A stretch of DNA of 64,000 nucleotides from Octopus sinensis. Lineage: Eukaryota. Numbering within the stretch: position 1 is the stretch's first letter; each line of letters opens with the position of its first letter. A model generated the notes under the pieces. The model did not search any database. It had not been told where the DNA came from and worked only from the letters and a program-made list of their open reading frames with translations. Made by a program: the position numbers and the translations under genes. Below are positions 27,696 to 41,519 of this stretch, piece after piece. Location of the stretch: positions 179,428,001 through 179,492,000 of the forward strand of contig NC_042998.1 of the NCBI RefSeq assembly GCF_006345805.1. The letters are read 5' to 3'.

Positions 27696-28926
27696 CACAG
27701 AGATGGAGGGAAAGAGAGAGAGAGAGAGAAAGAAAGAGAGAGAGAGAGAGAGAGAAAGAAAGAGAGACAGACAGACAGACAGAGTGATAGAAAGAGATTG
27801 AATGACAGGCAAAGAAATGGAGAGAGATATGTGAAGGATTTTTTTTATCATTTAAGAAAATAACAGATAAAAATCCACGAGTTTCCAGGTCAAGAAACAT
27901 TCAACAACAAATAAGAAGTACATTTTCTATGGTCTGATATCATAATTATTCAGCTCCAAGTAACAACTATAATAGACAGAGCCAAAAGGCCCCTAGCGTG
28001 GATAGTGTTACAATCTTCTACTCCTTAGCATATATTACCATGATACCCTTGAAGAAAGCGCGCTGAAACATCTACCCCTACCCGCTAATCATAACTAACC
28101 CTAATCATCCTTACATGCACACACACCCTTACAGATGCCTTTCTGCATGATTGAATGTGTTTTAAGAATGAAAACAGTTTGATCAGTAACACAGTAGTAG
28201 TCCCAATAGTAAAGTTCTTGATTTCTTATTTGTCTGGGAAGTAACATATATGCACATACCCAAACACTTACACACAAACACACACGCACTAAACATGTTG
28301 TGCTTACTCAGACAATCAAGAAAAAACAGCTAAGCTTCTAGCTTGAAACAATAAAAAATAATGAAAGGATAAAATACTTTAAAAAATGAAAGCAAGCAAG
28401 TCTTGCTCTTTTTTCGTCTCTCTCTTTTTTTTTTTCTTTGCCAACAAAGGGCCCTACCCAACATATGAGCTTCCACGTATGTAATTGTCCGACTTACTAG
28501 AAATAGCTGACAATTTTCCCTCAAATTATATTCTGTTATTTTTTTAACAAAGAAATGACACATTGCATAGTGCAGTTTTATAGATACCATGTCTAAAAAA
28601 GAAAAAAAACATAAAAAGGACAAGATGGTCACAGCTGGATTGTTTTTGTTCCAAGGCTAAACAAAGAGAAGAACAGCAGCATATGTGCTGCTCCTTTTTT
28701 TTTGATTCCCATTTCAAGTCATGCTGAGACTGTCTGTGACAGGCACACCAGTTCTTTTGGCTAGTCTTAAACCTGTTACTATCTTCACTTCTAAACTAAA
28801 CATAGGAAAATACCAACGTTGCCTGTGTAAGGCATCAGTTAACAAATTCATGTTAAGAAATATAATATCGTGTGTCATATATATGTGTGTGTGAGTGCGG
28901 TGTGTGTATGTATATGTATATGTGTA

Positions 28927-29124
28927 GTTAATCCAAACATGAAAACACAAAGAGAAAACACAACAACGCGAGGACATGGAACAAGTATAGTATTATTGGA
29001 CGCTCAGGAAAGAAGGAAAGAAGGAGGGGTTTAACGTTTCGAGTGGAGCTCTTCGTCAGAAACATAGGAAAAGGAAAGATCCAAAGAAGGGAAGATGGAG
29101 GAAAAAAAATCGCCAACGGTACAC
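28927..29124 (-). mobile_element. Short Penelope-like (pLTR/retrozyme-type) element carrying a hammerhead motif
   Basis: ~200 bp non-SINE insert between GT/TA and CA/GT microsatellites containing the hammerhead at 29029-29063. Confidence 0.7.
29029..29063 (-). ncRNA. Minimal type I hammerhead ribozyme motif, intact core
   Basis: Minus strand reads GUUU-CUGACGA-A-GAG-CUCCA-CUC-GAAAC-GU-U-AAAC. Helix I GUUU/AAAC, helix II GAG/CUC, core CUGANGA and GAAA, GUU cleavage triplet, loopless palindromic helix III (AACGUU). Confidence 0.75.
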
Positions 29125-29970
29125 ATGTACATGTGTGTGCCTGTGTGTTAGAAAAAGCCAAAAATATAGGAAGATAACACGAGAGGGATAAATTTTAACA
29201 AATGTTGCATTAGTTTAGTGTTTAAAAATGAAGAGAAAGAGTTTTGATATTTCAGACACTAGTCCTTCAGAAAAAAAAAAATAATAATGAGCTAAATGCA
29301 AAAAGAGACAAAAAGTGGCAGGAAATAAAGCATGAAGAATGAAGGAAAAGGTTTGGTGGGGGGGGACAGATGGGAATGTAGTTCTATAGGCAGGGGCTAG
29401 TTATGAAGGAAGGAGGCAAAGTTGTATGTATATAAAATCTGACTGTTCCTCCATCATATTGTAACTTGTCCCAATGCTTCACCTAAAGTCATCTCTTTAG
29501 ATTTTATTCTCCCTTTAGTTGTGATGATTCTTTGGCCTTTCAAGTAACAAGGTGACCTCATTAGTGCTGGTGCCATGAAAAAAAGCACCAAGTATATTTT
29601 ATAAAGTGGCTAGTGAATCAAGCAAGGACAACACAGAGCTTAGAAAACCCTCTAGTGTTTTGGAGGGCAAGAAAACCTCACTTGTGCTGGTACCATGAAA
29701 AATGTACCTAGTATATTCTGTCAAGTTATTGGTCTTAGGAAGGGCATCCAGAAAGAGAAACCATGCCAAAACAGGAACATTAGAACAATATGTGGTCCTC
29801 CAACCTATCATATCCTGTTTAGGCATATTCACAAAAGGGAAATCAAGGACTCATTTATTAACAAATGATGTAAGTGAAAAAAAAAAAAACGATGGAAATA
29901 ATGCTGATGAAAATGAAGAAAGGAATATAATATTTTTTGTATAAAGTAATATATCCTCTTTGCTTATATA

Positions 29971-30202
29971 TATTTCTTTACTACCCACAAGGGGCTAAAC
30001 ATAGAGGGGACAAACAAGGACAGACAAAGGGATTAAGTCGATTACATCGACCCCAGTGCGAAACTGGTACTTTATTTATCGACCCTGAAAGGATAAAAGG
30101 CAAAGTCGACCTCGGCGGAATTTGAACTCAGAACTTAACGACAGACGAAATATTGCTAATCATTTCGCCCGGCGCGCTAATGTTTCTGCCAGCTTGCCGC
30201 CC
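29971..30202 (-). mobile_element. Family B SINE, young full-length copy with 17 bp TSD
   Basis: Perfect TSD TCCTCTTTGCTTATATA at 29954-29970 and 30203-30219. CpGs are largely retained. Confidence 0.95.
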
Positions 30203-30467
30203 TCCTCTTTGCTTATATAAGGCTTGGATAGGCCTACAAATTTAGGTTCCCACAATGACTTTATAACAATAATTAGAGACAACCATTTTTTTTAAACTGA
30301 AGAATGCTAAATAAGTTTTGGCTTGATTTATTGGTAAATCAAGAACTGGATTCGAACATAGAATCTTTGTGGGTCAATTAGCCAGTAGCTTTATCACTTT
30401 TGCTAACAATTGTATCAGGAAATTAACTTTCTCTACAGTATATTAGATATGCATCTATGCGTATAGA

Positions 30468-30522
<55 letters not shown>
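30468..30522. repeat. (GT)n
   Basis: Direct inspection. Confidence 0.97.
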
Positions 30523-30523
<1 letters not shown>

Positions 30524-30673
30524 ATGGGTGTGTATAGTTAGATAGAAAGGTAAACAGACAGACAGATACACACATACATAAATTGATTGATTGCTAGATA
30601 GAAATATAGATAGATAGATAGATATAGATAGATAAAGTGATTGATTGGCAGATAGATATTTACATATCAGCAT

Positions 30674-30716
<43 letters not shown>

Positions 30717-31544
30717 ATGAGTTTTAAAGCACACACAAAGAACATTTATTTGTTTATTTTACTACCAAGAGGTTGCCAGGTCAAATATAAATATTTGGCA
30801 GTGAAGTTAAACTAAATTAAGAGCAGGAACAGAAAATATGAAGAAAATCTCGGTAAAATGGTTCCATAGTCAGAATAAGGAAATTTATTTTATTTTATTT
30901 TAATTTTATTTGTTCTCTCACCCAAACACTCAAGATAACATCAGTTTATTAAGTTTACACACGAACACCGTGGCCAAAGATTAGAAAATTATGATTAAGA
31001 AGCATTTCACAGAATGTAATTTGATCAACTTCAAACTTCATAATCTCTATTATCTTCGACTTTTCAGTAGTTTTGTTGTCTTACTTCTTAAATTCTTATA
31101 TTTGCTATATTTTGAGTGAAAAATAATATCATTTTTATCTAGCTACTTCTTTTTGTGTTTTTTTCTTAACTTCATTATTTTCAGTTTTTGAGTTTTTATG
31201 AAAAAATTTTTTTTTTCATTTTCTGAATGTTTTCCTTTCTTTTTTTAAGTCAATAAAATGTCAACAAAATGAATTTATTGTTTCGTTGTTGTAAGACAGT
31301 AGGTGGTAGGATTGGTAGGGCGGTAACCAAAATGATTTGTAGGTATTTATTCCAGCTCTTTACATTCTATGTTCAAATCCAACTGAACTCAGTTATGTCT
31401 TTTGATAAAATAGAGTACCAATCAAGTACATGTGTGAGGGTCACTCATATAAATTAAACCCTTTCCCTCAAAATTCCTGACTTTGTGCCTTGTCTTTGTG
31501 CTTGTCCTAGTCACTTAAAATGTAAGGTGATGTTACCCTCTCGA

Positions 31545-31732
31545 AGCATGCTGACTCATAAGGGCTGGTTTCCCAGTTTCCATGGTATTAAAATTCCCCT
31601 CCTGGACTGTTGCAAGATTACTCAGTTTTGCCAGCTGAGTGGACTGGAGCAACATGTTGCCAATCCAAGAATCGAAAACACAGTCTTACAATCATGAGTC
31701 CAACACCCTAACCACTAAACCACGTGCCTCCA
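31545..31732 (-). mobile_element. Diverged tRNA-SINE related to the 48126-48412 family
   Basis: CTCATAAGGGCTGGTTTCCCAGTTTCC...CCCTAACCACTAAACCACGTGCCTCCAC shares both ends with the 48126 copy. Confidence 0.7.
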
Positions 31733-32100
31733 CTGTCCTTGCCACTGCTTGACAACCGGTGTTGGTTTGTTTACGTCCTCATAATCATAACTTAGCAGTT
31801 TGGTAAAAAACCAAAAAGACCAGTACAATAAGTACCAGACTCAAAAAAAAAAAAATTACTGGGGGGGGGGGGTGATTTGTTTGACTAAACTCTTCAAAAT
31901 GGTGTCCTGGCATAGCCACGGTCCAGTGAATGAACCAAGTAAAACCTAAATACCATAAAGCATTTTATCTGCCTTATTACCTACGAAACCTGCCATGCAG
32001 GAAACACCATCACTGCTGTTAGAATTACCCCATACCACTACCATCACCATTGTTACTGCTGCTGTTGCTATTGACATCAAAATGCAATAGCTGCTGCTGT

Positions 32101-32133
<33 letters not shown>

Positions 32134-33429
32134 CGACGATGATAATGGTGGTGGTGGTGGTGGTGATGATGATGGTGGTGATCTGTCCAACCCATGCCAG
32201 CATGGAAAGTCAGGTAGGATATACTAATGATGATGATGATGGTAATGGTGGTGGTGGTGGTGGCGATGTCTATTTTTCTGAGTATGCATGGGGGTAGGGT
32301 AGACATCTCAGAGCTCAGACCTTATTCCCATGTATTTCGATCCTCCCATGTATCCTGCACTTGATAAGTTCTTAACTGTGGGTTGTTACAGCTGAGTACA
32401 CTTTCTACCACCAACTGCTGAGACAGACTTAGTGTGGTTAGTTTATTACAATACTAAACAGTTTAGTATGCTTACAAAAAAGTCATCTTTCCAAGCTTGG
32501 AATCTTCCACCTCCCTGCTTGTTCTATTAATAACACTGTATTCATTACTGAATTCTTATTAGATGTATGGTATTTACATTATATATTTATTTATTGCTAT
32601 TGAATATACTGTCTTAATTAATGAAACTATATATCCTTTCCTACTGCTTATTAAACATTTTAATGATACTTTATATTCTGTATTTATAATTATGTAAGAT
32701 TACATATGTATCTATCTCTCTCTGTCTCTCTCAAAACACACACAGAATATTTATTACTATTAAATCTGCGAGATGATTTGCTGGTACTTCAGTAACATTA
32801 AGGCCAATTTTCCACAGAATCATGTTACCAAATAGTAGCATAATTTAATTAAAAGTCATTAACTTTAAATGTGAAATAGTTAAGTTATATAAACCAGAGA
32901 TAATTATAAATGAATTAATGAGTGATGTCAAATAAGATTAATTTCATTCCCCAAATGATTTAGGAATGGCATAGTAAATTCATTCTACCAGGCACAAAGT
33001 GTGAAAAAAGAAAATTTAAATTAAAAGAGATATGAAGACCTTGGGCACCTTTTGTGAAATCCAATCAATGTTAAGTGCTCGGTATGGGATGACCTAGATT
33101 CATGAGTCAGAGACACAACTACGCTACATATATGTCAGTTTGTACTAGTGGAGGAAGCAGGTTTTGTTGTAAAGAGCCTGCTAGATAGTTAAGGGTGTTA
33201 ATGATAGGATAGTGCATAATTCCACCTCTACAAATCAAGGAGGAGACTTGAATTGAATGCAGCTGTTAAATCTGTTTCAATTAACACAGTTCTGTTTTGA
33301 AAATTGGACCATATGCTTTTAATCCTACATCCTAGGTCCACATGTCATACAATAGATATACTGTAATCATGAACAAATAATTGAAACAGAATTTAAATAC
33401 TTTGTATGATCTATAATCCGTGTGTGGTC

Positions 33430-33680
33430 AGTCTGTCTTGTGGGGGGTCAAGATAATCAAAGATACCTGATATTGGGTTCAAAGGCCAGCAGTTGTTGTG
33501 GAGGGTGCAAGTCAATTACATCAACCCCAGTGCTCAACTGGTATGTAGCTTATCAACCCAGACAAAACAAAAGGCAAAGAAAGTTAACTTCAGCAGAATT
33601 TGAACACACAATGTTAAGACAGATGAATTGCTGGTAGGCACTTTGTCCCGCTCGCTAACAATTCTGCCAGCTTGCTATCT
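33430..33680 (-). mobile_element. Family B SINE, diverged
   Basis: CCCCAGTGCTCAACTGGTA...CAGAATTTGAACAC...GCTAACAATTCTGCCAGCTTGC. Confidence 0.8.
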
Positions 33681-34117
33681 TAAGTAAACTTAATATTAAC
33701 ATTAACAATTCTTTGTCCTCTTCTTCTCTCATTTTCAGTCCATTTCAGGTGTTTAATTACTGAAATGAGAGAAACTTACCTGGGATTATTGAAATTTGCT
33801 AATAGCTTGCTTGCGCAAGTGCTGCTAATCAAAAGTGCCACATACTGGATGCCAGATTTCAGGAGTCACGAGGAGAAAATGCACACAGTTTTATGGCCTC
33901 CTTTTTGGCAGTCTTACAGCACCCACCCCCACACCTCACTGATGTGAGGTCCACCAACTTGATCATCTGACTAGTATTTGATCTTAAGTTTTACATCTCA
34001 GAATCAAAGAGTTAAGATTGAATACTATTTAGTCAATCCAACCAATTCAATGAGATATCATTGACATCAAGCTGGATTTTTCATATCCAGAGTGTCAATA
34101 AAATAATTACTAGTAAC

Positions 34118-34530
34118 AGGCACAGCAGTGGCTGTGTGGTAAGTATCTTGCTCACCAACCACATGGTTCCAGGTTCAGTCCCATGGCATGGCACCTTGGG
34201 TAAATGTCTTCTACTATAGCCTCAGGCTGACCAAAGCCTTGTGAGTGGATTTGGTAGATGGAAACTGAAAGAAGGCCATTGTATATATATGTATGTGTAT
34301 GTGTCTGTGTGTGTGTGTGTTGGGTGTGTGTGTTTGTCCCACCAACATTGCTTGACAACTGATACTGGTGTGTTTACATCCCCGTAACTTAGCAGTTTGG
34401 CAGAAGAAACCAATAGAATAAATACTAGGCTTACAAAGAATAAGTCCTGGGGGTCAATTTGCTCGACCAAAGGCAGTGCTCCAGCATGGCCACAGTCAAA
34501 TGACTGAAACAAGTAAAAGAATAAAAGAAT
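34118..34530 (+). mobile_element. Family A SINE, full length
   Basis: A box TGGCTGTGTGG, B box GGTTCAGTCCC, core, central microsatellite, and tail ending GACTGAAACAAGTAAAAGAATAAAAGAAT. Confidence 0.93.
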
Positions 34531-35141
34531 ATGTTTGGGTCAATTTAATTGACTTTGTCCATTCAAGGTTATGATTAACCTCGTATCCATTAAGTAAATA
34601 ATATTAACTGCTGGCAATTAACTACACAATAAAGTTGTTATTTTATTTTGTGGGGAAGCAAGGTATATTTCTAAGACTGTTTTTTCCAATATTATAAAAG
34701 TAAATTTGACTCAAGATTATTCTGCAAACAGATAACTATAAAACTGGGCGTTGAGCCATCAAAATTTTCTTAGTTCAATTCAATGATAAAATAGGGAAGG
34801 TGTACTGCAAAATCCTTTATTACATTTCGCAAGAAGTGATAAATACATTTGTTGAAGGTTCTTGCCAACATGTATATGAGTGTGTGTGTGTGTGTTGGAG
34901 TTTAGCAACAAAACGTTAAATTTGGTTGGTAACTTAGGGTGCTGAGTTTCAAGCATGAATTCAGAACAGCAACAGGGTGTGTACAGTGTCTACACAGCTG
35001 TATTTCCACACCAAATGAAACCATGTATAGGCTTTCAGCTTAATGGACAGTCGATCGATCAATCAATCAATCAATCAATCATGCATTCATTTTATCATTT
35101 CATAACACATATATATGTGCATTCATGCTTGTTTACATACA

Positions 35142-35172
<31 letters not shown>

Positions 35173-35202
35173 GCGTGTGTGTATATATATATATGTACAT
35201 AC

Positions 35203-35237
<35 letters not shown>

Positions 35238-36753
35238 CATATATACATATATATACATGTGTGTGTATGTGTTTATATGTCTGTGTGTGTGAGTGTGTTT
35301 AAGACAACATGGTTATATAGTTCCTCTGGCATGCTGGAAGAACTCAGTTAGGAGTAAATCAAATTTGATTCATTCAGCCCTTAAGAGCAAAACCCTCCCA
35401 ATTTTAAATACTTCATGCCTTGTCAATATTTGGTGTTGGCAAGGAGAAAACCAAATTGATTGCTCAGCTAGGGAAAGTAAATTCTTACTTAGCTGTGAAT
35501 AAAATCTCAGGTTTTTCACAGGGCAAATTCTATCTTCCAATAATACTTAATCAATGTACATAAATCTTATATGTCAGACAGTTTCATAGAGAAGAGTTAT
35601 AGTGCAAATAGTGGCAATGTTTTGCTTGAATTAGTGCCAAGTTTATTTGGTTGGTTCCTTGACTGAGATCTCTACAGAACTCATTCACAGTTAACAATCA
35701 ATGATGAATTCTTAGACGATTCACAGATTTATATTTTATTTTATTATGTTTTATCTTATTTACTATATTTATTTATTTAATTCTTTTGCTATTTATTTAA
35801 TTTACCTATTGACATTTCTTTTAGGATGGTCTTGTATTTGAACATATAAAAACACATATTTATGTATGACTATATATATATGTGTGTGTGTATGTGTGTA
35901 TACGCCTACCCACATAAACAAACATATATTTTAATATATATATATTAATGTATATGTGCGTTTATATGGGTTTTTTTAACCACCCTACAAATTTCAGTTT
36001 ATTGATAAATGAGATGAACTAAAACCAATAAAAAAAAATAACAGAAGATTTAAAATGATAGATTAGCCACTGGACTAGAAAGAAAATTTTAAGAAAATAT
36101 TTTTCAATTCAAGGAAGTTTTGGGGGAGAATTTTTAATTTTTGTTTTGTCTGGTGGGAGAAAAAAGTGAGAAAATGTGTATTTATGTGGAGGATAATATC
36201 TTGTGGTTTTTGATTAATCATTTTAGGTTTATGTTCGATTATATCTTTCTGTGTTATTTTTACAATTTACATTTTGTATATGAACAGAGAAACCCATTTT
36301 CCCCCCAGGTAGTTTGTGTAAAGAAATAGATTTTAATTTGTTAACATTACCTGAATACTTTTCAATAAAATTCAAACTAAACTTGACATGAAATTTGGGC
36401 AGGTTTTAAAATCTCAATATTTCACTTTTTCTGTTTCTTGTACAACAATAAGACCATTAGCATTTCTATCAAAGTTATCTAATTTGCACATATGAATATC
36501 TCTTAATGTTTTGTGTTTTCATTACAATCTTTGAGAAGTGAAAACATTGCTTTAATTTATAATCCATTTTGAGTTCAATCAGAACAGATAGAATCACACC
36601 TCATTGAAAGAAGGATTATAAATAAAAGATGTATATGCATTTTATATACTAGGAATGACAAAGTAGTTTTATGAATGATAAGAATTAGGGGCAAGAGTCA
36701 TATACACATTAATGGATTTACTAATAGATTAGGTGAATCTATTATATATATAT

Positions 36754-36804
<51 letters not shown>

Positions 36805-36989
36805 TTATATCTCTGGCCGTGATCCTGACCGAAGAGAGCTATCCACTACAAAAGTGGCTTGAATGGAAATTTATCCCAACACTTTATCCAGAAGAAGAAT
36901 GACTTGGAAATGGCAGGAGTGAAGTTAATTACTCAAGGAAACTTGTGATCAACCATCATTGTCATCCTCAACACCACCACCACCACCTT

Positions 36990-37200
36990 TCTGTTATAAG
37001 CACAAGGCCTGATTTTTGGGGGTGGGAGCCCAGTCAATTAGATCGACACCAGTATGCAACTGGTACTTAATTTATCAACCTTGAAAGGATGAAAGGCAAA
37101 GTTGACCTTGGTGAAATTTGAACTCAGAATATAAAGACAGACGAAATACAGCTGAACATTTTGCCTGGTGTACTAATGATTCTGCCAGCTCACCACCTTC
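36990..37200 (-). mobile_element. Family B SINE
   Basis: GCACAAGGCCTG...CTGGTACTTAATTTATC...GAATTTGAACTCAGAA...CTGCCAGCTCACCACC. Confidence 0.88.
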
Positions 37201-39104
37201 CACCACCACCAACACTACCACCATCATTTTATATCAGTTTTCCATGCCAGCATGGGTTGTATGGATATTGCCATAGTCTGAACCTATTCCATTTTGGGAG
37301 ATACTGCTTGAGTGTGTCTACTGCTTTGATGTGAAAAACGAGAAGTGCTCTCTTACATATTGAAGAGAGCCAAAAATTTGTTAATTAATGAAAATTACTC
37401 CTGTAGTGAGAACAAAATCATTAGCTTGTTGATTAGTCAAGAAATGGAGAACAATGGGGAGACAACTAAACTTCAAATAATATTGACTTCAAATTTTTGG
37501 CACAAGGCCAGCAATTTGTGGGGAGGAGGTAAGTTGATTACATCAGCACCAGTGCTCAACTTGTACTTATTTTATCGTCCCCAAAAGGATAAAAGGTAAA
37601 TTCTACCCCGGTGGAATATGAACTCAGAATGTACAGTTGGAAGAAATTGTTAATGTGTCAGCCAAAATGCTTAGTGTTATTTTATCTCATTCTTTAAGTT
37701 CTAAGTTTTTCTCTAACATTTTTTCTGGCGTAGTAACAGTTCTGCCAACCAGCATCCTTTGAACTTCAAATAATATTAAAAATTGAATTAGAATGTAGGC
37801 ATGGTTGTGAGGTTAAGAAGTTCATTTTGCAACCGTGTAGTTCTGGGTTCAATTCCACAGTGTGGCGTTTTCAGTAAGTGGCTTCTATTTTAGCCCTGAA
37901 GCCAGCTCCAAGGAGCAGAAGCCATTGTAGGAGTGGTAGAAATATATTTATTTTTTTAATTTTATTTTATCTAGTTTCAGCTCACGAGCTGTGACCATAC
38001 TGTGACCATGCTGGGGTACCGCCGTTTTGAGGTTTGCCATTTTGTGTGTGTGTGTATGTGTGTGAGAGTGTGTGTTTGTATTTGCCTGACCAGCACCCCC
38101 CCACCACCACCACTTAACCAGTGTTGGTTTGTTCACCCCCCTATAACCCCCCTATAACTTAGTGGTTCAGCAATAGAGACCAAAAGAATAAATATCAGAC
38201 TTAAAAGATAAGTAGTGGTGCCCCAGCATGGCCACAGTTCAATAATCAAAACAAATTAAAACAAAGAAAAATGACTAAAGGAGTGAACCTTTATGTAGTC
38301 TCTCTATCTGCTAAAAATAGCACCCAAATAGCACTCAAGTAGCATTTTACTTTCCTGAAAAGGAAAGAATACACTTGATATTGTTGGCTCAAGTACACTG
38401 TATCTGAATAAAAAGTGAGGTGGTCACATCCAGAATGTCAGTGACTATAGGCCAACTCTAATCCAACAGGTATAAGATGAATATATTTATGAAAATTCAC
38501 TTTGCCGACTGAAGACCTGTTATATATTGTGGTATATAGGTGGTCTTACATGTGTCTTTAGTTTGCGTTAGGGCTTTGTTAGAACAGCTATTCGGCTATA
38601 GTGATGGTCTATGATTCTAACTTTAAAGAATGCTTGGAATTTCCTGTTTTCAGAGAACAGGGAAATTCTCCTTTCAAAACCTATTTAGACAAATAAACTT
38701 CAAAATTACTTAACCATTTCCCACTCTCCTTTCAACAGATCTGATTACCATCAAACCAATGCCAGTATGGAAGGAAAAAACAAACAAACAAACAAACAAA
38801 CAAAAAAATAAAAACAAAATGGCATTAAAACGATGATGATAATGATGATAACGATGTTGCCAATTTTAGTAATGGTCACAAAAATGATGATGACAATGAT
38901 GATGATGATGATAATGATGATGATAATGATGGTGATGCTTGTAATTACAATGGAAATTACCCAGCAAAAAGCCCACTTATCTTTTGTCATTGTTTGTTAT
39001 GAAATTTCATACGGGATATAATATTCTATCCTGCATTGTCCGATTGTATTTAAAGAAAGAAAATATTTATTTTATTTAATTAAGTGTTTGAAAGAAACCA
39101 ATTC

Positions 39105-39155
39105 AATAATAATAATAATAAAATAATAACAATAATAATAATAATAACAATGATG

Positions 39156-39216
<61 letters not shown>

Positions 39217-39260
39217 TGATGATAATAATAATGATAATAATAATAATAATAAAAATAATA
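39105..39260. repeat. (AAT)n
   Basis: Direct inspection. Confidence 0.95.
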
Positions 39261-41472
39261 ATATACTCATTGTTCCTTTTTATATTTTGTGTGGTTTTGT
39301 TTGTAAATAATTATGTTTGTTCCCCACCCCTTCTGAGCTGTTTGCTTTCCTTTGTTTTGTGTTGCAGTTTCTAACAATATAATATCCTCAGAAAGAAATC
39401 TCAGCAAAATTATTTCAACTCCTGGAGTTTATACAAGACTTCTGCTAATTACATATGTAGGGGTGGGTAATGGACAGTAGGATAGGGTCAGGTAGGGGAG
39501 AGTAGGGCTAGAAACAAAGCAAATAGGAAAATGAATTTTATTAAAAAATTTTTTCTGTTTTTTTTTTCCTCAAAAGCTCTCCCCACAAACATCCAAACAA
39601 AAACAAATTAACAAACAAACAAAAAATATACTGAGATGAGAAAATAATTTTATCAAGGGTTGAATATGTTATTGTTTTTATAACTTGTTTGTAGTTGTTG
39701 TTGCTTGTATTTTTGTTGCTATTGTTCTATCTAATTCCATTTTGTCAAATGATTAGGTATAGTGTTAGAAATGTAACACACACACACACACACACACATC
39801 TTTGGCCTCTGTCTCCTGGATCTCTCTTCATTAATTCTGTGCATAATTTTCACCCAACTTCTATGATAGTTTAATTTATAAGTTACCCCAAGCTGCTCTG
39901 ATGAATTGGCATGTAGAATGCCAAATATTCTTCAGATATTGGCTGAATCTGTTAAATTGTATTAGGAATGTAGAAATTCTAGAGTGTCATAGTTGCGTAG
40001 GAGTGGACAAGTCTTGGCAGAATTTGCCAAACAGAAGCAGCTGAATTAATTAAATAAAGCTTTGCAACTGGAGAGGTGGTGGTGGTGGTGGTGGGGTCAG
40101 TGAAGGTGAGGGTATTCCTAAGGTATTTAACATGATCATGTTGATAAGACATAGGAAACCAACCTATGGATGTCTGTGTTTCTGATCACACACTAATATA
40201 CACTGAACCACCACCCATCCACTCACTTTCACACCAACACACACACACACAAACAAAATGCATATTAACTCTATTTGTACATACACACACAGACATACAC
40301 ACATACACAATACCCAAAATCATAAAGTTACACTAAGGCACATACTTAGTTGCACAGTTACACAAACTCACAGAAGCATGTATATAGTCATACATTCACA
40401 GACATCATAGTCACACCAAACAAAAGCATATACAGACATACAGTCACACAAACACACACACTCACACACACACACACAAATATAGTCACATATACTCAGG
40501 CATATGCAGTGTAATGGCCACACCAACACACACACGCTCGTGGGACCATTGGTTCATGATTTTTGCGTGGTCATTTCTTTATCTTGCCTTGAAAACACTT
40601 TCAAAAGTAAAGATTAATCAAACTGCTCCTGTTAAATTACTTTAAAGAAAGTCACAATTGGTTCACATTCCTGGATAGAATTCCCAGTTGAAAATGTGTA
40701 CATAGTTGATGTGGAATGGTCAAAGAACTAATACTTCACACTGTCAATGATAGTGTTGTAGTTGTTGTTGCTGTGCTTGTAGATGGTGATTTGTGTAGCC
40801 CTGGAGAACTTTGGTTGAGCAAACTTAGAAAAGCAAAGATAGTCACACAAGCGCTTGACAATTTAAGAACACCAAGTATGCCATAGTCTTCGTTGATAAG
40901 ACCCTAAAACCATCTGACACATTCTGTCAACCTGTGATTGATTACATAAAATGCACTCTGACTGTTCATGCAGTTTGCATTTCATTCAATATCCAATGAG
41001 GATCTTGTATGCCTTGAAGGGTTTGGGATGATGGCCACTATGGAAACACACCAGATGGCCAAGGTCACCATTGGACATTTCTAGTTTGATAGGATTTATG
41101 ACATTGAGTGCCTCAGAGGAAAAGGTTGTATTCCAGCACAGAATTGGTTAAACATTGCAAAACAGAGAGAATTAGTGTAAAAAAAGACCAGCTGAAATAA
41201 AAGAGGGATTTGAGGAATTTTAACATAACCCTGTGTAAATGTCTTGATGATAAATATTAATGATTTTGATTAGTTGTGCATGTAGTTGCCTCAGCTGTAC
41301 TAGTGGAAGCTGTGACAAGTTTTATAGTTAACAAAAATCCAGATGGTTCTTTGACTGTGACAAATTATGTGAGGAATGGCAAAGTGTGAACTGATGTTCA
41401 CTGAGCTAAAATATTAAATTTCCCCATCTTTTAAATGATGTGGGATTATATAATTTATGTGTGTGTGTGTAC

Positions 41473-41517
<45 letters not shown>

Positions 41518-41519
41518 TA

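Noticed and set aside
28045-28075. TTGAAGA-A-AGC-GC-GCT-GAAAC-ATC, hammerhead-like
   Set aside because: C3 is altered, helix III is broken and no helix I pairing is present. At most a very decayed remnant.
33765-33947. 60 aa ORF and a strong minus donor CAG|GTAAGT at about 33780
   Set aside because: No recognisable domain and conflicting strand signals. It cannot be supported without transcripts.
36820-36880. CTGACCGAAGAG…CCAC-TACAAAA-GTGG…CTTGAATGGAAA next to (TA)n
   Set aside because: Core spacing and GAAAC are not preserved, so it is too degenerate to call.
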